Assembly: GCF_006345805.1 (NCBI RefSeq)
Contig: NC_043000.1
Location: forward strand, 159,712,001 to 159,776,000
DNA: 64,000 nucleotides
Reading direction: 5' to 3'
From: Octopus sinensis
Lineage: Eukaryota
Shown: positions 1-12,202 of the stretch, one piece after another
Layout: every line of letters starts with the position of its first letter
Numbering within the stretch: the stretch's first letter is position 1
The notes under the pieces: generated by a model
Database searches by the model: none
The model's input: only the letters and a program-made list of their open reading frames with translations
What the model was told of the DNA's origin: nothing
Program-made: the position numbers and the translations under genes

Positions 1-132
1 ACTATGTATATCTGTATCTATCTATCTGTCTGTCTGTCTGCCTGTTTGTCTGTCAACCTGTCTGTCTATCTGTCTATACGTCTGTCTCTCTGTCTCTCTG
101 CCTGTCTGCACAGCTGTCTGTTCGTGTCGTAC

Positions 133-377
133 CCCTCTCAGTCTTGAGTACACGTCGTACAGGTTGACCATACAACAGTAAATGCAGGTAAAATATGTTG
201 CGGAAGAGTGACTGTCGTTCTTGTTTGCACCTACTACCACTATACGCCACTGCTCATGAATAAATTGAAAGGCCACCTCTTTGGAACTAATAAAGCTGTG
301 CACCATTGTCATTAGAATCAGACTGCAGAGAGCTAAAACAAATATAGTAAAGCATTCTGTCCATGATACTGACAGTT
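133..377 (-). CDS. Possible isolated coding exon (membrane-protein-like segment), unassigned
   Basis: 245-nt stop-free frame ELSVSWTECFTIFVLALCSLILMTMVHSF...YFTCIYCCMVNLYDVYSRLRG between ttgcag| and |gtacga; no family recognised and no partner exon found. Confidence 0.2.
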
Positions 378-899
378 CTGCAATTTCAATACTTTAGATT
401 GGTACATTTTATCGAATTCCAAAAAGAAGAAAGCAAAGCAATATTTCGAGTTTATAAATAAATTGGTGAAAGTATATTGAAACCATGAATTCTAAAGAAG
501 GAAGCTATAACATGTCAAGATGCATAAGCGAAAATTTTCAAAACCATTATGTGAGCATTGTAGGAAAATGAAATTGAAAATATAAATATTAAAAGATAAA
601 ATCTGTAACAATATTAAATTCTAACAAATGCACGCAATCTCGTAGCTAGGATGAGTTGTACAGTAGTATAGCTGATTATTTCGATTGCAGTTCTTCACTG
701 GTACTTAATTGTTATAGAAATACAATGATCCAATGGATGAAAGCAAAGTTGACGACGGCGATATTCAAACTATGTATGTATGTATCTCACTTACTCATCC
801 ACTCTCTCTCTCTGTATCTTTGTCTCTCTCTGTCTCCCTCTATCTCATACCTTTCTTGCCTTCTCTCCTTCAGTTCTTGTAGCCCCTCTCAGTAGCTCG

Positions 900-1260
900 T
901 CTGTTTCACTGAGTCAATCCTCTTTGTGTAGTGGCGCTAGTTTACCTCACGTTCTTCCAACAATTCAATACTCTCTGGTGACCACAGTTGGGAGCAGTAA
1001 TCCAGACGACTGAGGACAATTGTCTTCCATAGGAGTAACAGGGTATCCTTATTTCTGGCTCTGAATAATCTAAGGATCCATGCAGCTACTCGCCTGCACA
1101 ATGTTGCCATCCTGGCAATATTCACATGGAATGTTGCATCACTAGTCATATAGATTCCCAGGTCACGCACCAATTCTAACTCTGGAATTGCACTGGTCCC
1201 TAGTCCTATGTATTCCGACAGTAGTCTGTGATCCGACAGCAGTGTGCTTGAAACTAATCG
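900..1260 (-). mobile_element. CR1/L2-like LINE fragment, RT C-terminal region
   Basis: ORF 937-1173 VRDLGIYMTSDATFHVNIARMATLCRRVAAWILRLF...VLSRLDYCSQLWSP matches the DLG...LEY(C)S.VWSP region downstream of LINE RT; same family as 25600-26110, 27380-28315, 33048-33510. Confidence 0.75.
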
Positions 1261-1329
1261 CCATTGAACTGTATGTTATTTTCATTAGCCCATTTATATA
1301 TTGCATGCAGGTCACTTTATATGTATATA

Positions 1330-2100
1330 CAGTGGTCCGGGAACGAAACTTGCTTAGTTGGTAAAAACGCTGGCCTAAAATGTTTTAGAAAGAAGGCCGA
1401 TATTTTTTCAATCTCAATATCAGAACAAACACATGTATAAGGATATTTTTTTATTATTATACATGGAAAAGTAAAGCTTCAAATCACTCCAAAAATTTTC
1501 CTATTCTCGCACGTTTTGGTGATGAAATTTTCCAAGAGGTTATCCTAAGCCTTTTCACTGCAGAAGATCTTGTGTACATGCATTACAACACAGTGTGTCA
1601 GACGATGCTTCAAACATAAATTTGACCCCAGCTCATTGTTTAGGCAAAAAAAAAATCATCCAGAGTAACCTTATTTAGTGTCTCCGAAGTGTAATCAGGA
1701 AAAAATCTTCGTGGACATCCTGGTTTTCAGAAGCATACCGACAATAATTGATACTTGTTCCATGCCAGGACAATCACATCTAATACCAATAAACATGGAA
1801 TCTTCAAACATTTTTCTACTCTCATGTTATGAGCATATGTCCCTAAGATTTCATTTAGTATGGGATCAGATAGGAAATTAACTGGTCGTTCAAGCCGCTG
1901 ACTTACTTCGGCAAGTTCTGCTATGAGACTTACGAAGTTTCCTGTGACATGTGTTAGCTTTCTCTTCAAAGATAGAATTAGTAAGTTTTCTTTTTAATCT
2001 TTTACTAAGATCCTTCAACAATGGAACTGCGAACTGCTATTATCTTTTACTATGGATTTCCTTAATTCTCTGATCATAAAAGTGCTAAGCACCAGTAACT
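1330..2100 (-). mobile_element. Decayed hAT transposase remnant (DUF4371/ZMYM-like region)
   Basis: Frameshifted translation GNFVSLIAELAE...NFLSDPILNEILGTYA...LVLD / DCPGMEQVSII / RYASENQDVHEDFF resembles GNF.EL...YLS..IQNEI...D...EQ.S...RY.....HE.F; CAGTGG at 1330 could be a hAT-type terminus. Confidence 0.55.
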
Positions 2101-2519
2101 TTCACTAAGTATGTTATTTAATTCTTCGATGAATTGGTAACTACTAATATTCATTATTAAAGATATTCTTTAAATCTTAATCTCCAAAGACGGAGTAGCT
2201 TACATCGAATTCTTCGCTCAATGACATATAATGCACATGCTCAGCTATTCTAGAAACAGCTGTAAGAAATCTAACGTATTATTTCTTAATCCCTTATTTA
2301 CTATACTACTCTGCAATTATGTTCGAATTATAAATTACACGGCCTAAAAGGATACCACATATTTTACTTGTCCACCTCGCTATATAATATATATCTACCA
2401 TCTTTCATAGGCAGCTTCAAGAACACCTTCGCCTCAGCTGCTTTTCGAGCTGGAATTTTACTGATAAACCTACCTGACCACTTATAGTTCATACCTATCA
2501 TACCTATTACATCGTGTCA

Positions 2520-2522
2520 TTA

Positions 2523-2571
<49 letters not shown>

Positions 2572-2600
2572 ACACACACACACTCTCACACACACACATA
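2520..2600. repeat. (CA)n microsatellite
   Basis: Direct reading. Confidence 0.95.
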
Positions 2601-2813
2601 TATATGCGACGGGTTTCATTTTCGTCTGCGAAATTCATACATTGATACAATAAGCACTCAATATAAATTCAATATATAATGTTCTCATTGAATATATTTA
2701 ACTAAAGATTTATATATACATATATACATATACCATATACATATATACATGCATATATTCATATATACATATATATGCATATATAGTACATATATGTATA
2801 TATATATATGTAT

Positions 2814-3362
2814 ACGTATCTTTGCCATTTCAATATGGCTAACCCCTAACGGTGGATGCTACTGTAGTTTTTAGCCCCAGGAGGACACACTCCTCCAGCT
2901 GGCCATAGACACACTATCTGTGTCCTGTCAGTATTTGCAAAGGGAAGTCATCCTTCCCGTCTTCAACTTATGATACACACGGACTCGAGTTTCGAGGTAT
3001 TGACCTCTCGTCAGCGTGTGACAATCATAGTTGTCGCCGAGAATTAGATTTCCTTCACAAATACTTATACTTTTTCCAGCGCCCACTGTCGCTGATATTG
3101 AAAAAGTGAAATCATACAATGATAAATCAAAGTGAGTTATATACAGTAGCGGTAACACATCGTGACGTATCTTTGCCATTTCAATATGGCTAACCCCTAA
3201 GGGTGGATGCTACTGTAGTTTTTAGCCCCAGGAGGGGGGCTCCTGGGGCTAAAAACTACAGTAGCATCCACCCTTAGGGGTTAGCCATATTGAAATGGCA
3301 AAGATACGTCACGATGTGTTACCGCTACTGTATATAACTCACTTTGATATTTATCATTGTAT
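2814..3362 (-). mobile_element. Non-autonomous Penelope-like pseudo-LTR element: 351-nt unit plus partial tandem copy plus inverted copy
   Basis: Direct repeats 2814-2884 and 3165-3235; inverted repeat 3114-3234 / 3240-3362; internal hammerhead; TA-rich flanks. Confidence 0.75.
2976..3020 (-). ncRNA. Minimal type-I hammerhead ribozyme, canonical core
   Basis: Minus strand CACACG-CUGACGA-GAGGU(CAAU)ACCUC-GAAA-C(UCGA)G-UC/CGUGUG: stem I 6 bp, stem II 5 bp, palindromic stem III (ACUCGAGU), GUC cleavage triplet. Confidence 0.88.
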
Positions 3363-4925
3363 ATATGTATATATATATATATATATATATACCTACACAC
3401 GCACACACACACACATATATATATATATATAACTCAGTGAAGAGAATGATTATTTAGACTCATTGCATGTCTCTACATTACACAGTTTGTATAAGCCACA
3501 TATTTGTCGACAGTACGAAACCACAGTCAATAAATTCGAGCGTGCGTATGCATACATCTGTGGCGTTGCGTTATATTTCGTAACCTAAACCTAACGTGTG
3601 CTTTAATCAGACAACCCAGAAATGGACATGTGGAAGAATAATTACGTTCCGTAAATCTAGCTCCACTCCCACCACAACAACAATTAGCACTATCGTTCCT
3701 ATGAGTTCTACCATATTTATATACGTTCCGTTACACCTCACTTCATGTTCTCTCGCTTACTCTACTTCCAAGTCTGCTTTACCAAACACCTGTCCACACA
3801 TCACCTTTATTCATTAATCTAAATTTCACTGCTTAAAGAGACAGCACTATATCATCAATCTAGGGTGTTTCCTTATGTGCGAACTAACACGGCCACATAC
3901 ATGTATGTACCAAGGCATTTACATGTGCGGATGAAACTACATACAAATCTTACTTCCTATATCCTTACTCTCTTACCTTCTGCTATCTCTCTCTTTCACT
4001 TTATCTCTCTCTCTCATTCTCTTTCTCACCTTTCTCATTTTTCTTCTTCTTTCTCTCATTGTCTTCCTCTCTCTCCCCTCTCTATCTTCCTTCTGTATGT
4101 CTGTCTATCCTTCTCTCCCTGTTTCGGTTTCTCTTTCTCTCTTACTTCTGTCTGTCTGTTTCTGTCTCTGTCTGTCTGTCTCTGTCTGACCCTGTCCCTG
4201 CTTGCCTTTCTGTCTGTCTGTCCGTCTACCTGTCTGTCTCTTCACCGCTTCTTTGTATATGTTTTCCTTGGTGCTTGAGCCGGCTGATGGGGTTACGTTG
4301 GTGGTCATATTATTGCTGAACGTAGTGTAACGGGTGATGGTGGCAATGATGATGCTTGTGGTAATGTTGGCAATGGAAACGAGTCGTGGCGGTGGTGCTG
4401 TTGTTGATATTGATGATGATGTTAGTTGTGATACTGGGTGATACTGACGTCGATGATGGTGTTGGTGGGGATAACGGGCAGTATTGGTACCGATGATGGT
4501 GGCGGTAGCGGTGGTTATAATGCGTGTTGATGATGGTGGTTGTGGTGGTGGTAGCAGTGATAATGGCAATAGTTCTTGTTAACTATGTTTGTGTTTGTTC
4601 TTGTGTTTGTGTTTACAGAGATAATTGTAGTTGTAATTGTGATTGAGGTTTCAATCATAAACATTACTATTGTTTTTGTTCAGGCCTCGTTATTTTCTTA
4701 TCTTTGTAGCCCTATTTTCTCAAAAGCCTGCGAAATTCGACGATCTCAGCTTTTCTTTCGTAGCTAAAACTAAATTATCTATGTTCTTCATTAATACAGA
4801 GGGCTGTAATATGAGGGAAATTTGGCAGCTATTTCTACCAGCTTAATCGAAAACATAAAGGTTCCCTGGTAAATATGCTGACCACTCAAGCAGAAGTATT
4901 ACAGTAATGGTAATGGCAGCTTCGT

Positions 4926-5160
4926 AAGGCGGCGAGCTGGCAGAAACGTTAGCACGCCAGGCGAAATGCCTAGCCGCATTTCGTCTGCCGTTACGTTCTG
5001 CGTTCAAATTCCGCCGAGGTCGACTTTGCCTTTCATCCTTTCGGGGTCGATTAAATAAGTACCAGTTACACACTGGGGTCGATATAATCGACTTAATCCG
5101 TTTGTCTGTCCTTCTTTGTCCCCTCTGTGTTTGGCCCCTTGTGGGTAGTAAAGAAATAGG
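4926..5160 (+). mobile_element. tRNA-derived SINE, family B
   Basis: aggcggcgagctggcag head, B-box-like gcgttcaaattcc, core gtcgactttgcctttcatcctttcggggtcg; near-identical copies at 11510, 11960 and 37978. Confidence 0.9.
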
Positions 5161-5406
5161 TAATGGCAGCTTCGTTAATAGCAGTTGTGTTTTGTTGCTA
5201 TTGTTGTTCACCTCCTGCTCAGCCTATGTCCAATGCATACCATACATGAATATCTCATCTCTATGTATATCTTGCCGAACAAATTCCAACATCACTGACG
5301 CCTGGTTTTCGGATACTTGTTTTATATTATGTTATATACACTATGTCCAAAGTAGCCACCTTTCATAGGAAACGACTGTGATTTCAATTAGATTTGACTA
5401 CTATTG

Positions 5407-5571
5407 TTAGCTTGTTAGCACGTTGAGCGATTTCAGAATCACAAGGTCCTGGGTTCGAATCTACTATGTAGAATCGGACAAATACACTTTTCTATCGTCT
5501 CAAGTTAACCCATACTTTGTGAGTGAAACTGGCTAGACGGAAACTGTGCTGAAGCCCATCGAAATGATTGT
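5407..5571 (+). mobile_element. Diverged 5' part of a family-A-related SINE
   Basis: B box gggttcgaatc and gtgagtg...gctagacggaaactg...gaagccc similar to family A. Confidence 0.55.
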
Positions 5572-5773
5572 ATCTGTGATTCAAAAGATACAGCTTTGTC
5601 ACGTACTATCACAAAAATTCTGTCTGAGAAGGATAGAAGTGTCTGAGAATCGCTCAGTCATTTACACTCTAATACAGAGTAGGTAGTTTACTTGATGGAA
5701 CGATCAAAGCCTCATCGTCGTAGACGGAGATCCCGAGCACAGACTGTGCATAAATCAGGCGTTAGTGATGTTG

Positions 5774-7292
5774 GGATCTGTTCAGTTTGGCCCACAGATT
5801 TAAAAATTAATTTGTTTTGTAACTAAACAGTTTGAAACTTCGTATACTGGTGGAATGTCTCACGTAGAACACGGTTAACTTTGAACATTTTTGACAAAAT
5901 TTGGTATTTTAGAAGTTATTTCGTGTTAAAGTTATCGTACTTAGGTAATTTCAACCAATCAACGACGTGTATTTGGTTGAAGAAAGCTACTGCTGTGTGC
6001 GATAGTAATCGAAGCAGAACAACTTCTGAGTCATCTCTGCTAAATGTCACCACTCTGTTCTATTTTATTTACTGTTTACTGCTCGTGTTGCATATTACAC
6101 ACTTTTCTTTTGTTGTTCTCGCGTCGGAGTAACCAGTAAACATCAAAGAATCAACACCAATAAGGAAGAAATATTATTTGCATATATTTATTCGTTTGCT
6201 CGACATCGGTGTTTTATCCACTCATAAAGCACACCGATGTTTAAAAGACCCATTGAATTACGAGTCCGCAGCTAACTTTCTTGCTGTTAACGTATACTCT
6301 TTTACTCTTTTACTTGTTTCAGTCATTTGACTGCGGCCATGCTGGAGCACCGCCTTTAGTCGAGCAAATCGACCCCGGGACTTATTCTTTGTAAGCCCAG
6401 TACTTATTCTATCGGTCTCTTTTGCCGAACCGCTAAGTGACGGGGACGTAAACACACCAGCATCGGTTGTCAGGCAATGCTAGGGCGGACAAACACAGAC
6501 ACACACACACACACAAATATATATATATATACATATATACGACAGGCTTCTTTCAGTTTCCGTCTACCAAATCCACTCACAAGGCATTGGTCGGCCCGGG
6601 GCTATAGCAGAAGACACTTGCCCAAGATGCCACGCAGTGGGACTGAACCCGGAACCATGTGGTTGGTTAGCAAGCTACTTACCACACAGCCACTCCTGTA
6701 GTTTCAAAATGCTTTGTTTTGCATCGATGAGATGCATTGTTATTGTCATGATTTTATCTTACTATAATCAACAGCAAATACATTTCGTCAATATAAAAGT
6801 CATTATTAGATTAAAAATAACATTATCAAAACATAAGGGTAAGATTATATACTGGAATATACCGTAATTGTAGTGGCAGTGACAAGTTCGCTCGCTGGTT
6901 GCTAGTTGATAGTATAGTGGAGAGGGGAAGAGTAAGAAATGCACGGTGCTGACTAGAAAGGAAGAAAGGATAAAGGTGGCATCATCTTCACTCGACATAC
7001 GAATTGAACAGAGTGGTGACATTTAGCAGAGATGAACCGGAAGTTGTTGTTCCTCTTCGATTACTATCGCAAACAGCAGTAGCTTTCTTCAACCGAATAC
7101 ATGTCGTTGATTGATTGAAATTATCCAAATACGGCAACTTTAACACGAAATGATTTCTAAAATACCAAATTTTGTCAAAAATGTTCAAAGTAAACCGTGT
7201 CCTACGTGAGACATTCCACCAGTATACGAAGTTTCAAACTAAATTAAAAATTTTATTAAAAAAATTAATTAAAAAAATCTGTGAGCCAAACT
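5774..7292. mobile_element. Non-autonomous DNA transposon with ~290-bp TIRs and 8-bp TSD
   Basis: 5774-6061 and 7006-7292 are inverted copies with GGATC/GATCC ends; TGATGTTG at 5766-5773 and 7293-7300; SINE nested inside. Confidence 0.85.
6295..6700 (-). mobile_element. tRNA-derived SINE, family A, full length
   Basis: Minus strand A box tggctgtgtgg, B box ggttcagtccc, central TA/CA tract, 3' tail ggcggtgctccagcatggccgcag...(aaaagagt)n. Confidence 0.92.
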
Positions 7293-7475
7293 GAATAGAT
7301 CCTGATGTTGTGATTGTTATTTTTTGGCCGGTCAAACGACAATACAAAGGTTACTTTTTGTTGTTATCGTCGTCGTTGTTTTTGTTATTGTTTAACCCTA
7401 GGTCAACCATTATTGATCATATCTATGATCAAAAGTATTTCAGTTATGCCCATCTCACTTTTTTAGACGTGTTTT

Positions 7476-7722
7476 GCGTGGCTTAGTGGTTAGGGTGTCA
7501 GCATCAAGATCGTAAGATTGTGGTTTCGATTCCTGGACCGTTGAGTTCTTGAGCAAAACACTTCATTCCACGTAGCTCCAATCCACTCAGCTGGCAAAAA
7601 TGAGTAACGCTGTGATGCACTGGCATCCCGTCCAGCTGGGGAACACATACGCCATAGAAACCGGGAAATCGGGCCCATGAGCCTGGTTAGGCTTTAAAAG
7701 GGCGCATTTATTATTATTATTT
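7476..7722 (+). mobile_element. tRNA-derived SINE, family D
   Basis: A box tggcttagtgg, B box ggtttcgattcc, (tta)n tail; related copy at 60186-60491 on the minus strand. Confidence 0.8.
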
Positions 7723-8204
7723 TGTCTCACATTATGTCCAAGGTGACCATCGTTTTTTTTATTTCATATAAGACGACACAGTGTGATTGAAGGTAGATTT
7801 GACTGCGATTGCTCGCACGCTGAACGTATTCATTGTTGTAGAGGTGGTAGAGATGAACTGGCGGTAGTAGTGATGGTTCGGTAGTGGTGACGGTGGTGGT
7901 AATGAGCGTCTGGCGTTGACCGTTGACTGTCTGATAATTGTGGCGACCGTTGAAGTAGAAGTCATAACAGTGGTGTGTATTGTATTGTAAAGGCTGTGGC
8001 GGTGACAGCCGAGGTTGTGGTGGGTGATACTTATTTGAATGGTGATAGCTGGTGTTAATGGCGATATTGTACGCTGGTGGTATGTAGGTGGATCCGAAGG
8101 GAACCAATAGCTTTTCACTGATAAGTGCCAACTAATAGCCGCTGAGTGGTTATTGGCTCTTTCATTTATATTCATGTCACCGCCAATATACGTACATACA
8201 TACG

Positions 8205-8271
8205 CACGCACGTACACACGCACACAACACACACACACACACACACACACACAACACACACACACACACAC

Positions 8272-8302
<31 letters not shown>
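8205..8302. repeat. (CA)n microsatellite
   Basis: Direct reading. Confidence 0.95.
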
Positions 8303-8304
<2 letters not shown>

Positions 8305-8464
8305 ATTTTATGTGTGCTAACGTTTACGTACACACCTCCTTTGATCCTTAATATCAAAAGTACTCTTTAGGCATAACACTATTTTGATAACAAAGGTCTC
8401 TTTCAGGGCAAAAGCTAGTACCTATTTCTATTGTAATGAAAACAGAAAAACCCTTATCTTTCGT

Positions 8465-8684
8465 TGCTACTACTGCTGCTGCTGCTGCTGTTGCTATTAA
8501 CGCTGTTGCTACTGCTGTCGTTGCTGTTGCTGTTGGTGTTGTGTGTATGTGGGTGTGTGTGTATGGGTGTGAGTATGTGTGTGTGTGTGTTATGCTTGCT
8601 TTTGTTACTTTTAAAGTTTTTGCTGTTGGTGTTGTGGTTGATGTGGTCGTTGTTGTTGTTGTTATCATCATCATCATCATCACT

Positions 8685-8745
<61 letters not shown>

Positions 8746-8781
8746 CCACCACCATCATCATCATCATCATCATCATCATTA

Positions 8782-8828
<47 letters not shown>

Positions 8829-8863
8829 GTTATTGTTATTATTATTTTATTATTATTATTATT

Positions 8864-8897
<34 letters not shown>

Positions 8898-8985
8898 CCA
8901 CCACCACCACCACCACCACCATCATCATCATCATATCATCATCATCACCACCACCACCACCACCACCACCACCACCACCACCACC

Positions 8986-9019
<34 letters not shown>

Positions 9020-9070
9020 TCATCATAGCATCATCATCATCATCATCATTATTATTATTATTATTATTAA
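8465..9070. repeat. Compound trinucleotide array (GCT, GTT, ATC, ATT, ACC)
   Basis: Direct reading; accounts for the poly-I/H/S/M ORFs in the track. Confidence 0.95.
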
Positions 9071-9472
9071 TGCTGTTGTTTGTTGCGCATGTTCTTTTCT
9101 TAATACCTGTGAGCAAATGCACTTAGGAACAGGTATGAACGTTACTTCGCCTCATTTTTCTGTTGTCACGGGATTTACAAAGTATTCGGATGTTGTTGCT
9201 TTTTTGTTGTTGTTGTTTTTATTGGTGGATTTCATAGGTCACACATACTCTCTGCAAAAGCATGATTGCTTTGTCATCCCTGGTTTCCTGGTAGCAGAAT
9301 AACCGGAGCTATTGCTGTCGCCGGTTATTGTAGTTGTTGTGGTGTTGGTGTTGGTGTTGTTGTTGTTGGTGGTGGTGGTGATGGTTAGGGTTAGGGTTAT
9401 TTTTACTCTGAAAATCTTAAGCTATTGTTACAATTGGTTTTATCTTACCATTTCATCGACGTCACCAAATTC

Positions 9473-9894
9473 GGATCTTTTCGGTTTCAACGGCAGTTTT
9501 TAACATAATTTCTAGGTAACTAAAAAATTTTAAACTTCGTATACTGGTAGAATGTGTTTATAAAACATCTTTTTCTCTTGGCTTTATTGAGAAAATTCTA
9601 TAGTTTGTTAGATATTTGTTGTTGTTTTTTCTTCAATTTCTGCAATTTCAACCAATCAATGACGTCCATTGCGGTAAAAAACAGTCTGTGCCGTATGAAT
9701 ATGTCCCTCGTTTAAAAAACAGATTGGATTTATTTACATTTGTGAAGAAAAAAGATACCCTTCGCCCCACTCCTAGCCCTAACCCTAACCCTAAAACAGA
9801 TTGAAATGCAATAGATCGATACTAAGGTCATAATTATGGGTGACAATTTCATATGACACCGCTAGAAAAACTGCCGTTCAAACCGAAAAGATCC
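9473..9894. mobile_element. MITE with 29-bp TIRs and 8-bp TSD, same superfamily as 5774-7292
   Basis: GGATCTTTTCGGTTTCAACGGCAGTTTTT versus the reverse complement of AAAAACTGCCGTTCAAACCGAAAAGATCC (28/29); CCAAATTC at 9465-9472 and 9895-9902. Confidence 0.9.
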
Positions 9895-10748
9895 CCAAAT
9901 TCTAAAAAGAAAAGCAGGAAGCATTGCATTTTCTTTTAATTTTCTTATTATTGAGGTTGCATTTCTGTTAATAAAACACAAATTATCTCCGAGAGTTTAT
10001 TTTCCATTCATTACTAAATGTTGTTTATATGCTCAAGTGTTCACACAATTGCATTGAACACACAAATCTTTAATCTCTCTTTCTCTTTCTGTCTCTCTTT
10101 CTTCCCGCTCTCTCCTCCCTTCGTCTCTCTTGTAATGGCTTGTGTATTAGCAGCACCAGTTTAATTTCATTTTGGAAGAGGTTGCGCGTCATGAACACAT
10201 AGCGATTCAAATCACCGTCAGTGTATTCAGGCTTCTCAAACAAATTACACACAGTACCATGCTGTAACAAGTTCACAGTGGAGGGCTAACTCATGTGGTT
10301 GTCGCAGATTGCTATCTTGCCAATAACGGGCGGAAGCCTTACTTATTTACGCAACTAGAGAAATGAAAATTGCGCATTGTCACTCACGAGAAAACCTTTA
10401 TATACGCACATTGTAAACATGATTTCTGCAAGCGTTTTCTAGCATCCTTAGTTATGTCGATTTACAGTAATAAGTAATAAGTCTTATAAGGAAAAAGAAT
10501 TATATCAACATGAAATATTGTTCGCATACAAACAAGTAAATGTTGAGTGTAGCGTCATGATTCATTGCAAAATATCGCAAGTTCCTCATTACATATCATT
10601 TGATAACTTCAATATTTTCCAGTGTTCGTATAGGTCATTCAGCCGAAGGTTTCCTTTTCAATGCTGAACCGGTATTCTTCACAGTATTCTTTCGCAATTA
10701 AGAATTTTCCCATGACGCTCTGCATTAAAATAGAGACAAGAACTTCGT

Positions 10749-10749
<1 letters not shown>

Positions 10750-10829
<80 letters not shown>

Positions 10830-10865
10830 GTACGCGCACACACACACATGCACACACACACTCAC
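10750..10865. repeat. (TA)n followed by (CA)n microsatellite
   Basis: Direct reading. Confidence 0.95.
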
Positions 10866-11357
10866 ACACACGTGGATACTGCGAAGATAGATTCGCAGAC
10901 ATTCATTAGAGATATATCCGCAAATTTAACCTTTCACGTTCTTCATCCTAAACACGTCTGAATGGCTTAGTAGGATATAATTCTTTATTTTTATGCTAAC
11001 GTCCTGTCATCTCTTTGGAGATGTAAGCTTTATCAAGCAATAACCGGCAAAACGTACAGCTTGCGGTTTTATTGTATCAAGCTTGATATTATGTCAATGA
11101 CCGGATAAGGATATATATCATAATTACGCTGCAGTATTAACAATGTGCAAACAATGAGATCTACGTTCGATGTAACACATCCCTCATTATGTGTCATAAC
11201 TGAATGAAATGCTTTACTCAATAGAAACCCAACACTAAATGAATTCAAACAAAGACAAAATATTCTTCATATGTGGTCAGAATTTCAAGTAGTTTGTATT
11301 ACTAATTATTATAACAAAAAAATGTTGATATTTTAAACATATATAATCCTTTCTACT

Positions 11358-11737
11358 GGAGGCACAAGGCCTCATATTTAGGGGGAAGAGGACTAGTCGA
11401 TTACATGGACCCAGTGTTTCACTGGTGCTTAATTTATCAGCCCTGAAAAGATGAAAGGCAAAGTCGACCTTAGCGGGGTTTGAACTCAGAACGTAGTGCA
11501 GACGAAGTATCTATTTCTTTACTACTCACAAGGGCCTAAACACAGAGAGGGCAAACAAGGACAGACAGACGGATTAAGTCGATTATATCAACCCCAGTGC
11601 GTAAGTGGTACTTATTTAATCGACCCCTAAAGGATGAAAGGCAAAGTCGACCTCGGCGGAATTTGAACTCAGAGCGTAGCGGCAGACAAAGTACCGCTAA
11701 GCATTTTTCCCGGCGTGCTATCGATTCTGCCATCTCG
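11358..11737 (-). mobile_element. Family B SINE dimer-like unit
   Basis: Two core copies joined at cagacgaagta|tctatttcttt. Confidence 0.85.
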
Positions 11738-11804
11738 CAGAATAGACATATATAATAAGAAATTGTGATATTATTTATCAACGTATGTGTATATTCTTTT
11801 CTAT

Positions 11805-12194
11805 TCTAGGCACAAGGCCCGAAATTTTGGGAGAGGGGCGCCAATCGATTAGATCGACCGCAGTACGCAGCTGGTACTTAATTTATCGACTCCGAAAGGA
11901 TGAAAGGCAAAATCGACCTCGGCGGAATTTGAACTCAGAACGTAAAGGCAGACGAAATACCTATTCCTTTACTACCCACTAGGGGCTAAACACAGAGAGG
12001 ACAAATAAGGACAGACAAACGGATTAAGCCGATTACATCGACCCCAGTGCGTAACTGGTACTTATTTAATCGACCCCGAAAGGATGAAAGGCAAAGTCGA
12101 CCTCAGCGGAATTTGAACTCACAAATTTGTGACAGACGAAATACCGCTAAGCATTTCGCCCGGCGTGCTAGCGTTTCTGCCATCTCGCCGCCTT
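11805..12194 (-). mobile_element. Family B SINE dimer-like unit
   Basis: Two core copies joined at cagacgaaata|cctattccttt; intact head aggcggcgag. Confidence 0.88.
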
Positions 12195-12202
12195 TTACGT
12201 AT

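Noticed and set aside
8354-9302. Long ORFs (288, 220 and 141 aa) with poly-I/H/S/M
   Set aside because: Pure trinucleotide repeats open in several frames on both strands
9770-9795. (CCCTAA)n telomere-like repeats (also TTAGGG near 9385)
   Set aside because: Only two to three units, one set internal to a MITE; not a telomere or fusion site
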